Part shown: positions 28,601 through 36,268 of the stretch, piece after piece
Layout: every line of letters starts with the position of its first letter
How positions within the stretch are numbered: position 1 is the first letter of the stretch
Translations under genes and position numbers: made by a program
The notes under the pieces: model-generated
The model's input: the letters and a program-made list of their open reading frames with translations, nothing else
The model's database searches: none
What the model was told of the DNA's origin: nothing
DNA from: an uncultured Nitrososphaerota archaeon
GTDB taxonomy: Archaea; Asgardarchaeota; Njordarchaeia; Njordarchaeales; Panguiarchaeaceae
Reading direction: 5' to 3'
DNA: 64,000 bases
Assembly (NCBI GenBank): GCA_964636085.1
Contig: CAZWPQ010000002.1
Span: 9,481 to 73,480 of the forward strand

Positions 28601-30017
28601 ATCAACAGTAATCTCATGGGATGCTATCGATAATTATGGGATCGATAGATACTATGTAAAGGTTGGAGACGGTGCATGGATCGATGTTGGTCTCTCAAAC
28701 AACTATACCGTTACTGGTCTGGTTAATGGAGAAAACACTGTATATATAAAGGCTGTTGATAAGGCTGGCAACGCCGATGTTGAGATAGTGACAATAATTG
28801 TTGATACAGAGCCCCCAACTATCAATATTGTCTATCCTTCAAATGGGACATACATAAATGTGGACAACATAATAATTTCATGGGAAGCAAACGACAACAT
28901 GGAGATAGAAAGGTTTGAGATAAGTATTAATGGTGGAGATTGGATAGATCTTGGAAAGTCAACAGGATACGCAATGGCGGAGATGGATGAGGGAATATAC
29001 CTAATAGTTGTTAGATGTTACGACATTGCTGGAAATGCGAATAGCGATGCCATAACCTTTATCGTGGATTATACGGCCCCAGAATTTATTATGTACTCCC
29101 CACCAGATGGCTCATACTTCAACTACACCAATATTGAAATCCAGTGGAACGCCACAGATAACTATGGAATCGACCACTATGAAGTATATGTAAACAACGA
29201 ACTCCTCTACTCGGGAACAAATAGCAGCCTAGGAGTAGAACTTTCGGCTGACACACATTCCATTAAGATAATAGCCTATGACTATGCTGGCAATTCAAGA
29301 TATGTAGCGATTGTTGTTCACATAGACCTTCAGACTCCATCCATCATAATAACATCTCCATCAGATGGTGCCTATATTAATGAAGACACAATATCGGTGG
29401 CATGGTCTGCCATTGATGACTTTGGTATAGATCATTATTGCATTAGGATAGACAATGAGTCATGGATATCCATCACTAATAATAGATATATGTTCTATGG
29501 CTTAAGTGAGGGGCTACATGCAATATATGTAAGGGCATTTGACAAGGCTGGAAATTCAGCAGAGTCTAATGTATCGATTATTGTTGATCTAACAGAACCA
29601 GCAATAATAATATTGGAGCCAAAGAATAATTCGGAGCTAAATGCCACCACGGTAACAATATCATGGAATGCTACCGACAACTTTGACCTCGACCATATAG
29701 AGATATCCATAAATAATTCGGCATGGCAAGACATTGGACTCACGAATAGCATTAAGCTACAACTAGACTATGGCAAATACATAGTGAAACTGAGAGCATA
29801 TGACAAAGCTGGAAATATGAAGGAAGTAGCAGTAGTATTCATAATCAAGCAAATACAGGCACCTCCATCCCATCTCAAGTGGCTACCCTTCATTGCTATA
29901 GGTGCAGCGATAGCAATAGCACTTGTCTTAGTACCCTGGTGGAAGAGAAGAAAGAGTCGCGCGGCTGAGGAATTAGAGATTATTGAAAAGCCTATTGACG
30001 AGGAGGAGGCGGAATAA
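22623..30017 (+). CDS. Giant membrane-anchored subtilisin-like serine protease (peptidase S8) with large inserts, a PPC-like domain, two duplicated tri-domain modules, 8 Ig-like repeats and a C-terminal TM anchor
   Basis: The catalytic motifs are AIVDTGIDD (Asp), HGHGTHCAS (His), SNSWGG (oxyanion Asn) and GTSMATPHVSG (Ser). DFDLYIYYG resembles a pre-peptidase C-terminal domain. The signal-like N-terminus is SKILRGLSIIFLIVAASIPLA, and an alternative TTG start at 22638 follows GGGTGAGGGGG. The C-terminus is WLPFIAIGAAIAIALVLVPWWKRRK. Confidence 0.95.
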   Translation: MGEGALSKILRGLSIIFLIVAASIPLAKPAKSSDKARIVFIKNNGGLSEFLYQFFRSRGVPVVLVGDNGRPTKSSIIDDTVKSRLTRDDIWDLIRIARGEEIPSVEYQELRTKTGLDIDPVSAGLILKSLDTTIDRDPEVIFLGKYNMYINLRNSYAAMEHWLVNLENYDSDHDKIADKLEEIIAIGTEKIVIPGRKVMLDLGDMIVPIDEIGPKTIEIRYSRDDLIFVDVAAADRRLEEAIAYFKSMGGTIETVYREICAFSGYIELYKVPLLSRSPLIGFIEQHNEYFYPMTSWTVLQMRIGTLSTKLVPPNSYPMNNETPWGRGIFGDPSIAIAIVDTGIDDTHPLTNKVIYWYDYSGDDATSPEDYHGHGTHCASIAAGNIWTGDYVEWGIIARNRTDSFGASGNYYLYIDSPGWYGVAALYYTSSGTADISFEVYDPNHVLLNTSRQVYASFWGTVEIEQAVFNASLPGTYNVSVTNLGTTGGTLIVTWEKQFPYGSYGSQPGRHAGVAPEVKLVGLKIFDRSGWFGDYNFDSIRWLIQNASDYNITVSSNSWGGGDDATLNELMNQLVMSGVVTVVAAGNDGAGGNIGSPGSADLVITVAAMNDINEISEYSTSGDTTTGNTIKPDVSANGGTGYYNGDYIDKEDSDLDGSSGAVAAADSNDADNAPSGGGLLGDAITTLDNFWDIQGTSMATPHVSGLAALVVSALGGASSWVWDGEHALKVKMLILMTSVEFTRAETGQTVPSLDRGGKDNVEGYGRVNGDAAVMAVLNELFPNRTYRYTLGSNNSTAIAQGIAPRVWAGKIYLEAGSRYRFNLTVPSGADFDLYIYYGEPDEYGQPVIAGKSTSDSIGGNEVVDIIATKSGYYYVVVKWVDRSATTPSIPDEQNYGEFTLHIDILDRGIPIVEIIEPEEGDIIEGVTRIYVNATDVDGTITYVYLNISNSTWGTVVDITSNYDASRGLYYYDWDTSTVADGYYMIFAGARDNESKTNNDTIQVHVWNNIPPILLVDDDKGDSYETYYEQALQDLGYQRDIDYIYWDVSVNGTPTKYLLDRVVIVIWFTGDDFTTTLTTEERDVLEYYLSRCGQLFISGQDIGFDIGDTTWYSTWLKANYERDDTNIDYVRGVSGTLFGGAIYNLSGTDSANNNDFPDEISPTGGSTQILYYDDDTGIGAGVMYDDEYRLVYMSFPFEAIDGSVNRSDAMQRATDWMKAPIAKIYDYSFYIDKYTENVSLAIAARAYHYIRNLEILINGTVVYSLSPGRRTYINNITIDTSSFPSGTLNITLRIVDNNLDEVTDTIFISREHLYLDLVFPNTYDPVWSTTRILVNASTYSGVNLTTLNVTISNETWSQIIDILSNYDSQTGYYYYDWDTTGVADGSYNISVSAITDEGSSKTDNVYNIGVWNGIVPILLVDDDNWHDYEQYFMEALENLSYHFNRDYAYWNTTRRGAPPQDFLDRVQIMIWECGLSAPNSAERNAISEFLSDLGQLFISGQDIGYLIGDTDWYKDWLRAIYERDDTNINNVSGVAGTIFEGVTYLLSGSDSANNNFWPDEISPTNGSFLMMYYGRDPSIGAAIGYDGYYRLVYFAYPFESINGSEYRADALDRILQWLRKPIGAIVSPENMTITNNDTIDIIVHAKAITGLDIIRIYVNGSLVVFDDIDGVELIKHYDIDVSGYPDYTTLNITLVTNSVTGDMDTFMIYIIRDKVPPYAEFLSPANGSYFNVTDITFEWNGTDNFGMNHYEIRIDGGAWIDVDLQNEYTFAGLDEGIHTVDLKAIDLAGNQFTTSLTVIVDLTPPVLIDIFPENDSYVQSKVVISWNFSDNYELDCYKIRLDGGAWIMTTSTSHVYEYLTEGEHSVYIRAYDKAGNVKLITLRIIADTTDPYIEITYPPGGTFLNTSTVYVEWYMSDNFELDHCEIRVDGGEWIDVGLASNYTISGMSEGTHIIDVRVYDSAGNYGEDTVVISIDLTPPIIVAVYPDYEFYINTTSTVISWDAIDNYGIDRYYVKVGDGAWIDVGLSNNYTVTGLVNGENTVYIKAVDKAGNADVEIVTIIVDTEPPTINIVYPSNGTYINVDNIIISWEANDNMEIERFEISINGGDWIDLGKSTGYAMAEMDEGIYLIVVRCYDIAGNANSDAITFIVDYTAPEFIMYSPPDGSYFNYTNIEIQWNATDNYGIDHYEVYVNNELLYSGTNSSLGVELSADTHSIKIIAYDYAGNSRYVAIVVHIDLQTPSIIITSPSDGAYINEDTISVAWSAIDDFGIDHYCIRIDNESWISITNNRYMFYGLSEGLHAIYVRAFDKAGNSAESNVSIIVDLTEPAIIILEPKNNSELNATTVTISWNATDNFDLDHIEISINNSAWQDIGLTNSIKLQLDYGKYIVKLRAYDKAGNMKEVAVVFIIKQIQAPPSHLKWLPFIAIGAAIAIALVLVPWWKRRKSRAAEELEIIEKPIDEEEAE
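25341..27750 (+). repeat. Internal duplication within the protease gene: two tri-domain modules of about 400 aa each (Ig-like, then an LLVDDD alpha/beta domain, then Ig-like)
   Basis: Module 1 contains ...YYYDWDTSTVADGYYMI...IPPILLVDDDKGDSYETYY...GQLFISGQDIG...YERDDTNI...FPDEISPTGG...YRLVYMSFPFEAIDGS. Module 2 contains ...YYYDWDTTGVADGSYNI...IVPILLVDDDNWHDYEQYF...GQLFISGQDIG...YERDDTNI...WPDEISPTNG...YRLVYFAYPFESINGS. The divergence is at the protein level; the DNA copies are not identical. Confidence 0.7.
27762..29850 (+). repeat. Eight tandem Ig-like repeats of about 87 aa within the protease gene
   Basis: The recurrent pattern is PP.I.I..P.NGSY.N.t.i.i.W.a.DNfgidhYEirIdgg.WidvG....Yt..gL.eG.H.v.vrAyDkAGN......i.vD.t. 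I counted 8 copies by eye. Confidence 0.85.
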
Positions 30018-30564
30018 ACTCTTTAATCTTTTTACTTTTCCGCCTCTGTCTTTTAATTCTGCGGCCTATTGCCTATCTATATGTCTATTATATGTCTTAT
30101 TCTTCCAGTTGATGGCTATGCTATCAGTGGTGGAGAAATTATTTGAGACCAAAATAATTATGATTGCATAATTTACTTCTTGCTCTTTTGATGCTTGTGC
30201 GATAATATATACGGGAGAATAGCGAGCATAGAATCTGCTAGAGACGATATGTGTCATGTTCTATATTCGTGTGTGCGTATTTTTATTTACTAATTATTTT
30301 TTTATGTTGACATGAGTGTCATTGACATGAATGTCTATGACAATTACGTCGATATTATTTATTCAAAATCTGAAAGAAACCTGTTCACGAATAGAGAGGA
30401 GACCCTAAAAAAATCTTATGTTTGCTCTTGATGAGGTAAAGAAGAAGGGCTTTCGAGGCTTTACATTCGAAACTCACTAAAAAGCTACTTAAACGCTCAT
30501 TAGAGGATAACTCGCATACATATCCCCCCGTTGTATAGGGCTAAAATAATTATCATGGGCATCG

Positions 30565-31332
30565 CTACTGTAGCTTTTCTACATGGGCTAGAAGTTCGCA
30601 GAGCTTATTTATCACATATATATTCGTATCATAGAACCGTGTCATGTCTAGTCTTATTCTATATTTATTCCACACATAACTCGTAATATGGGGCGCTAAA
30701 TCCTTTACAAGATATACCCCCCTATTGAACATATCTGTTATCCAGTACAGGTTTTTTATACCAGCGTTAAGGGCGCCATACACATCGAAGTAGGGGTGAT
30801 CCCCCACAAAATAAATTTTATCTGCTGGGAGCCCAGAAATAGAGAAAATCTTCTCAAATGCTTTCCTCGACGGTTTTGGCTCCTCCATACGATCATTAGT
30901 TATTAGCTCGTCTATAAGACCCGCAATACCAACTTTACGTAGTACTGGAAACTGGTACCTATAATACCCATTCGTCAACACATATATGGCTCCACCACTC
31001 TTTTTTATTGTCCTCAATACATCGGCAGCACATTCATTGGTGTCTACTAAGCACTTATTTATTCCCTCTAATATAAGTTCTAGAAAGAGCCCCCTCCTAT
31101 ACGTAATACCTATCCTTCTACATGAAAACTCTGAAACCTTCTCCCAGTCAAAAGCATCCGTAAACCTCCTCGCTCTAACCAATTCATAATAGGTATCCAA
31201 GAAAATCTTCGGAAAAACATCACGCTCTTCGTCCAAACCCAATACCTTAGGGAGTTTTTCATATGCATATTTAAAGGCCCTATTTCTAACAAGCGTACCA
31301 TCTTGATCGAAAACAAATGCGAAATCCACCAT
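30565..31332 (-). CDS. HAD-superfamily hydrolase
   Basis: Motif I is FVFDQDGTLV, motif II is VLTNG, and motif IV is FVGDHPYFDVYGALNAG. Confidence 0.85.
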   Translation of the reverse strand: MVDFAFVFDQDGTLVRNRAFKYAYEKLPKVLGLDEERDVFPKIFLDTYYELVRARRFTDAFDWEKVSEFSCRRIGITYRRGLFLELILEGINKCLVDTNECAADVLRTIKKSGGAIYVLTNGYYRYQFPVLRKVGIAGLIDELITNDRMEEPKPSRKAFEKIFSISGLPADKIYFVGDHPYFDVYGALNAGIKNLYWITDMFNRGVYLVKDLAPHITSYVWNKYRIRLDMTRFYDTNIYVINKLCELLAHVEKLQ

Positions 31333-31410
31333 ACTTATGAACCTCCCAACAGTTATTCAAATACAGTCAAGATAAATAATATCAAGGAGTTTTGGATCCC
31401 GAAAATTATT

Positions 31411-32130
31411 TTATTTAGTAGTCATTCTTATGGCGGCCACTATCTCAGCCTTAAGTTTGTTCTCCTCATATTCGTCTAATACTGGTTTACTCCCTACTAA
31501 TCCCTCGCTAACTCTTTTTATGCCTTCTCTGCCACCTACGAACATCCCTTCACTTATCACTCCTAAGATATTTTTTGGCGGCAAAAATGCTAAGGGAAGC
31601 ACATCGCCCCTTTTTACTGTTTGATCATTCGTAACAATTTCATATGTCTCCAAGCCATCAGTCACCCATACAATTAATAGGTTCTGGGACTTTGGATGAT
31701 TCTCAACATTTACGACCTTGACATATGACATCGCAACGACGCTCGAAATATCCAATTTTTGCCTCACTAATCTCTCCCTCAGCGTACTGAGGGTCTTTAC
31801 GAAGAATCTCACCATTTTTCTAGTCGCGTCGTCTTGTTTATCTAGAACGGGCCATACCAAGTTTTTAAATTCTTTGAGTTCCCTATCAAGATTATCCAAT
31901 AAGCCCTGCTCCTCCATACATTTTGGGCTCACATAGCTCCACTTTATTTTCCTCATTATCTCACATAGGTTGTTGAGTTTTTCTAGGAGGGCATCACGAC
32001 GGATATGCTGGATCTTTCGCGACTTAAAATAATCGAGAATATTCCTAGCTACGGCTTCAGCAAAGAGGATCCTAGGATCCTTAGACGTATCATAATACTC
32101 CATTATGGGGCACCCAACATAAACATACAT
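31411..32130 (-). CDS. Protein with a C-terminal tRNA-binding (Trbp111/CsaA/EMAP-like OB) domain and an unknown N-terminal domain. The likely start is the internal MEYYDTS.
   Basis: VKVVNVENHPKSQNLLIVWVTDGLETYEIVTNDQTVKRGDVLPLAFLPPKNILGVISEGMFVG matches the g.V..ve.HP.adkL.v..vd.G...iv......v..Gd.v.va...a.l.g..S.GM pattern of tRNA_bind domains. Confidence 0.75.
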   Translation of the reverse strand: MYVYVGCPIMEYYDTSKDPRILFAEAVARNILDYFKSRKIQHIRRDALLEKLNNLCEIMRKIKWSYVSPKCMEEQGLLDNLDRELKEFKNLVWPVLDKQDDATRKMVRFFVKTLSTLRERLVRQKLDISSVVAMSYVKVVNVENHPKSQNLLIVWVTDGLETYEIVTNDQTVKRGDVLPLAFLPPKNILGVISEGMFVGGREGIKRVSEGLVGSKPVLDEYEENKLKAEIVAAIRMTTK

Positions 32131-32387
32131 AATTTACATAATTAAGTAATCTATAAACAAAAAAACATAAGCCTTTAAACCCGAAAACTGCCAAACATAG
32201 TAAGAGAGGTGAATACACTAATGATATATCTTTTTCGCTCCAGGGAAACATTAATTCTGTAGCAATGATTGTTGAAGTATGCATGAGTGTTATGATATTA
32301 GTATTTTTTCCATCCTTATATCTATGGAAACAACTTGGCGAGCTGGTTTGTTGCTAGAATAAACATAGGATTGTTTTTGGGCCCAAA

Positions 32388-33278
32388 ATGGACATGGTTG
32401 GCGTCAGAGAAATTCCCGCTAAATCAATATTAAACAAGCATAGAAGGAGAGATAGCTGGTTTTTGGACGATTATTCATTAAATCCATACATAAACTGCCA
32501 GTTCGGATGCGTATATTGCTACATACATGGAGGGAGATACGGCAAACGCATTGGAGGAATTGCGGTTAAGATAAATGCTCCCTCCCTCTTGGAGAGAGAA
32601 TTAAGGAATCTCTATAAGGCCAAAAAGTTTGGATTCATTGCCCTCTCATCATCTACAGAGCCCTGGCAACCCATAGAGAATAGGTACATGATAACTAGAA
32701 AATGCCTAGAGATAGTCCTTAGGTATAGATTTCCGATCCATGTTTTGACGAAGTCCGATCTCGTTCTACGCGATTTCAACATCCTAAAACTGATAAATGA
32801 AAACGCAATACTTCCCGTGGATCTAAGTGACAAGATAAATTGTGGTCTCTTTCTGACGGTATCTCTATCAACTATTGATGAAGGGATCGCTAGAATCTTT
32901 GAACCCCACGCACCTCCTCCCTCTAGAAGACTGGACATTATAGAGAAGGCAGTCAATAACGGCATTTGTGCCGGCGTGGCATATATCCCAGTGCTACCAT
33001 ATATATCCGACTCCACAGATACTCTCGAAGAAATGGTTCTGGAGGCGAAATCCCATGGGGCTAGATACGTATTTTTCGGGGCGCTAACTCTTGAGGGGAA
33101 GGGAAAAAGAGCGTTCTTTAGTATCATCGAGAGAGAATTTCCTGAACTTCTAAACAAATACCAAAGACTTTATAGAACATCATTTCAGCCCAGTCGGGAA
33201 TACCAAAACAGATTATATTCCATCGCTAGATCACTATGTAGAAAATATAATGTAAAGTACTCCCTCTTGGCTACATAG
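32388..33278 (+). CDS. Radical SAM protein, SplB-like (COG1533 family)
   Basis: The CQFGCVYCY CxxxCxxC cluster motif follows SILNK...LNPYINC, the characteristic N-terminus of the COG1533 so-called DNA repair photolyase family. Confidence 0.85.
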   Translation: MDMVGVREIPAKSILNKHRRRDSWFLDDYSLNPYINCQFGCVYCYIHGGRYGKRIGGIAVKINAPSLLERELRNLYKAKKFGFIALSSSTEPWQPIENRYMITRKCLEIVLRYRFPIHVLTKSDLVLRDFNILKLINENAILPVDLSDKINCGLFLTVSLSTIDEGIARIFEPHAPPPSRRLDIIEKAVNNGICAGVAYIPVLPYISDSTDTLEEMVLEAKSHGARYVFFGALTLEGKGKRAFFSIIEREFPELLNKYQRLYRTSFQPSREYQNRLYSIARSLCRKYNVKYSLLAT

Positions 33279-33551
33279 TTTTCTCAAAATACAAGAATTC
33301 TAAGTGGCAGTAGAAAATGATGCATCATATTTATAATATTGGAGCCGAGTTTTGTTCATGAATAAACGATGGTGAGAAATAAGTCTAGTATTAATGGTCT
33401 CCCACAGATAGGCTGATTGTCATATAGGTTCTCCCATTATGGCCAGAAAAGTACCTAGGCGTATGGCTCGAGGATAACAAAATATTCTATAGTCATTAAA
33501 AAGATTTTCTATACTTTTGTTTGGAGGCCATAGCTCCTAGTATAGATATGT

Positions 33552-34802
33552 GTGAGTAAATTGAGCTTGATAGATACCCTACTGGGCCTAATACCATCAG
33601 GCGAGAATATTATAAGGGATTTGCTCTTCGTGAGTTTAACGCGAATTCATGGTGGCGACAAATATATTGGAGAAATAGCAAATCCGCTATTGAGAGCGGA
33701 GGCCCTAATACATATCGGATCGGGGGAGGATTTAGAGAAGCTTGGATCCGAGTACCTATACAGAATGGTGGATCTTCATCCCATGGGCGTGTTGATCTAT
33801 TTATCAAAGATTGATCCCAGTGATATTGGTCTAAGGCTATACACATATGTGATTAAGAAGGCCATGAGATCAATAAATCTTCTGGCTTTGGCTGTTAGCT
33901 ATACTGGTTCCAGAAGACTCTACGATATCTTTACGGGCATAATCGAAGGTGAGAAGGACGCTAAAAAAATATTAAACATATCTATATTGCTTGACGCAAT
34001 AATCTTTAGGTACTCTATAGATGAGGTACTTCCATTCGGAATAAACACCATAGAGAATTACATGTCCAACAGTAAATACCCAGACATACTTAGGAGAATG
34101 CTATTGTCAACACTTCTAGCTTGTCATGCCATCCGCGGAGAGGGGGATGTGGACGAGATTTCTTCGGTTCTCATAAGGGGACTAAGATTAAGCACTGATG
34201 ATCCATTCTATCTCCAGGCGGCTCCAATAATCGCTAAGAACTTGTATGTGGCAGATAAGATTGATTTGTCAAAAGATATTTTCTACAGACTCAAAGAACT
34301 GAAGAATAGGATGCTACAGAGTTATGGGCCACTTAGTTTTATTACGCCAACATCCCCTGGAAAAATAACTAGGATATTAAATAATATCGCCCTCATAATC
34401 AATAGTCTAATACATGTATTTAATGCCTTCAGCCGGTCTGAAAGACTTATAGATAACAAATTCGCCATAGAATATCTGGGTTCATTGCTCCACGAGTCCA
34501 TGGATCCCATAATTCTCGCTGTCCAAACAAAATTCCTAATAAGAGAGAACCCGCATAATGTTGGGGAAACCATAGATAGATATATCTCAAACTCCGATAA
34601 GATACTATCAAAGGGAGAGAAATATGTAACATATAGGAACCTGGGTCAGATATATACTCTAAAAAGCATCACGGATACGGGAAGAGAACATATAGAGAGT
34701 ATACTTTTACAAAAAGGATTTGATATCATCCAGCACTTCATATTGGGATTATATGAGGAGTCGCTAAGGCAGTATCCCATCAGCAATAATATTCAAACAT
34801 AA
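33552..34802 (+). CDS. Hypothetical cytoplasmic, mostly helical protein with no recognised family
   Basis: It is a 416-codon ORF with coding-like composition and a GTG start, sitting 20 nt upstream of the trmO-like gene on the same strand. Confidence 0.7.
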   Translation: MSKLSLIDTLLGLIPSGENIIRDLLFVSLTRIHGGDKYIGEIANPLLRAEALIHIGSGEDLEKLGSEYLYRMVDLHPMGVLIYLSKIDPSDIGLRLYTYVIKKAMRSINLLALAVSYTGSRRLYDIFTGIIEGEKDAKKILNISILLDAIIFRYSIDEVLPFGINTIENYMSNSKYPDILRRMLLSTLLACHAIRGEGDVDEISSVLIRGLRLSTDDPFYLQAAPIIAKNLYVADKIDLSKDIFYRLKELKNRMLQSYGPLSFITPTSPGKITRILNNIALIINSLIHVFNAFSRSERLIDNKFAIEYLGSLLHESMDPIILAVQTKFLIRENPHNVGETIDRYISNSDKILSKGEKYVTYRNLGQIYTLKSITDTGREHIESILLQKGFDIIQHFILGLYEESLRQYPISNNIQT

Positions 34803-34822
34803 TATCTTTTTTAAGGAGGGAG

Positions 34823-35770
34823 GTGGATGTATTGAGGCTTATCGCTATAGGAGAGGTCATCGAAAATAGAGAAGGGAATGCCAAAATTCTAATATATCCA
34901 AGGTTTGCCCGTGGATTGAGGGGGCTGGACGAGTATTCGCATTGCATTATACTCTATTATCTCCACAAGGTGGTTCTCGATATCGAGAAATTTATCGCGG
35001 AGATCGATAAAATAAGACCTATGCATGCACCATTAGGTGCTAGTTATGGCGTCTTTGCCACTAGGTCACCACACAGACCCAATCAGATAGGAATGACTGT
35101 TGTTCGGATAAAAAAGATCGATGAGAACATTTTACATGTTGAGGGCTTCGATGGATATGTAGGAAGCCCAATTCTGGATATTAAGCCATATACGACTAGA
35201 GATATTGTCCTTAATGCATCCTTTCCCCAATGGTTCCCACGCAGAGACTACGAGGAAGAAGCCATATTGCTTGTTCATAATCGCATGAATAGTATATGGA
35301 ATATGGGCAAAAAGGTACGCGAGTTACTTGTAGAACATGGCTATAATGTCTCCGCAGTATCGTATTCCCACAACAATTATGTGTCTATAAAAAATACATA
35401 CTACAGACAGGAATATCCCCTACCATGCCTCACCATTACTAATCTATGTGAGATTATTATACAATTAGACTGTATCTATGCCACTTTTGCGGTCAGAAGG
35501 GATTCCATCGACAAAAACTTTCTAAAGTCCATGATCAATACGTTTGGTTTGGATCTCGAGATATTCGGCGGCGAGGACTACTTGCATACGTTCTATCCTA
35601 AAGATGAATTAACAAGCATTGATGACGTATTCATGGATATTATTCGGAGTGGCGAAAAAATCATACAATTGTCAATAAAGATCAAGTTTGAGAACTATCA
35701 CCACATAATTGATGTGCTGGAGAAAATAACAACAATTATTGGCAAGTATGGCACAGTTATTCCCCCCTAA
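34823..35770 (+). CDS. trmO: TrmO/TsaA (YaeB, UPF0066)-like SAM-dependent tRNA methyltransferase domain fused to an uncharacterised C-terminal domain of about 170 aa
   Basis: The family signatures RSPHRPNQIGMTVVRI and GSPILDIKPY are present. The N-terminal IGEVIENREGNAKILIYPRFARGLRGLDEYSHCIILYYLH matches the TsaA beta-barrel start. The GTG start is preceded by AAGGAGGGAGG. Confidence 0.85.
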   Translation: MDVLRLIAIGEVIENREGNAKILIYPRFARGLRGLDEYSHCIILYYLHKVVLDIEKFIAEIDKIRPMHAPLGASYGVFATRSPHRPNQIGMTVVRIKKIDENILHVEGFDGYVGSPILDIKPYTTRDIVLNASFPQWFPRRDYEEEAILLVHNRMNSIWNMGKKVRELLVEHGYNVSAVSYSHNNYVSIKNTYYRQEYPLPCLTITNLCEIIIQLDCIYATFAVRRDSIDKNFLKSMINTFGLDLEIFGGEDYLHTFYPKDELTSIDDVFMDIIRSGEKIIQLSIKIKFENYHHIIDVLEKITTIIGKYGTVIPP

Positions 35771-35837
35771 TATCCAATAGTATGTGACGAATTAATGTAT
35801 CCATCTTTTATAGCATCAAAAACAGTAAAATGTTTGG

Positions 35838-36176
35838 GTGCCAAATATGGCCTCATTTAGCATAAAACCCAAGAGAAAAATCGGCGAGATCGAGATTAGT
35901 GAGGAATTCATAAACATCTATAAGAAGATTCTATTAAGTGGTGCAAAGAAGTACTTCGGGGAATGGGTAGAATTTAATAGCAACACAAAAATCGTAGAGA
36001 CAATAATCCTCGGCGAACTTAGGAACATAGTAACATATGGGCATCCTTACTGCCCCTGTAGGCCCGAAAAAATAAGAGATAACATATGCCCATGTGTTCC
36101 AGCAAAAAAGGAGCTAGAGAGGGATGGCATTTGCCACTGCCGTCTCTTTGTAAACCCAGAGAAGTACAGCAGGTAG
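35838..36176 (+). CDS. Ferredoxin:thioredoxin reductase catalytic (beta) subunit-like protein
   Basis: YCPCRPEKIRDNICPCVPAKKELERDGICHCRLF reproduces the CPC...CPC...CHC Cys pattern of FTR catalytic chains (4Fe-4S plus a redox disulfide). Confidence 0.85.
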   Translation: MPNMASFSIKPKRKIGEIEISEEFINIYKKILLSGAKKYFGEWVEFNSNTKIVETIILGELRNIVTYGHPYCPCRPEKIRDNICPCVPAKKELERDGICHCRLFVNPEKYSR

Positions 36177-36268
36177 GAATTCTTCCCAAATTTTTAATTT
36201 TGATGCATCTGAAAACCCCTAAGTCCTTTAAGACGCCCCCTGAACTCTTGGTCAGATAGAAAAGCTTA

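Noticed and set aside
27762-29850. The repeat array in the protease gene considered as a target of a diversity-generating retroelement or as an assembly artefact
   Set aside because: No reverse transcriptase or template repeat is present in the window. The repeats are diverged at the DNA level (similar only as protein), so collapse or expansion artefacts and DGR-type mutagenesis are both unlikely.
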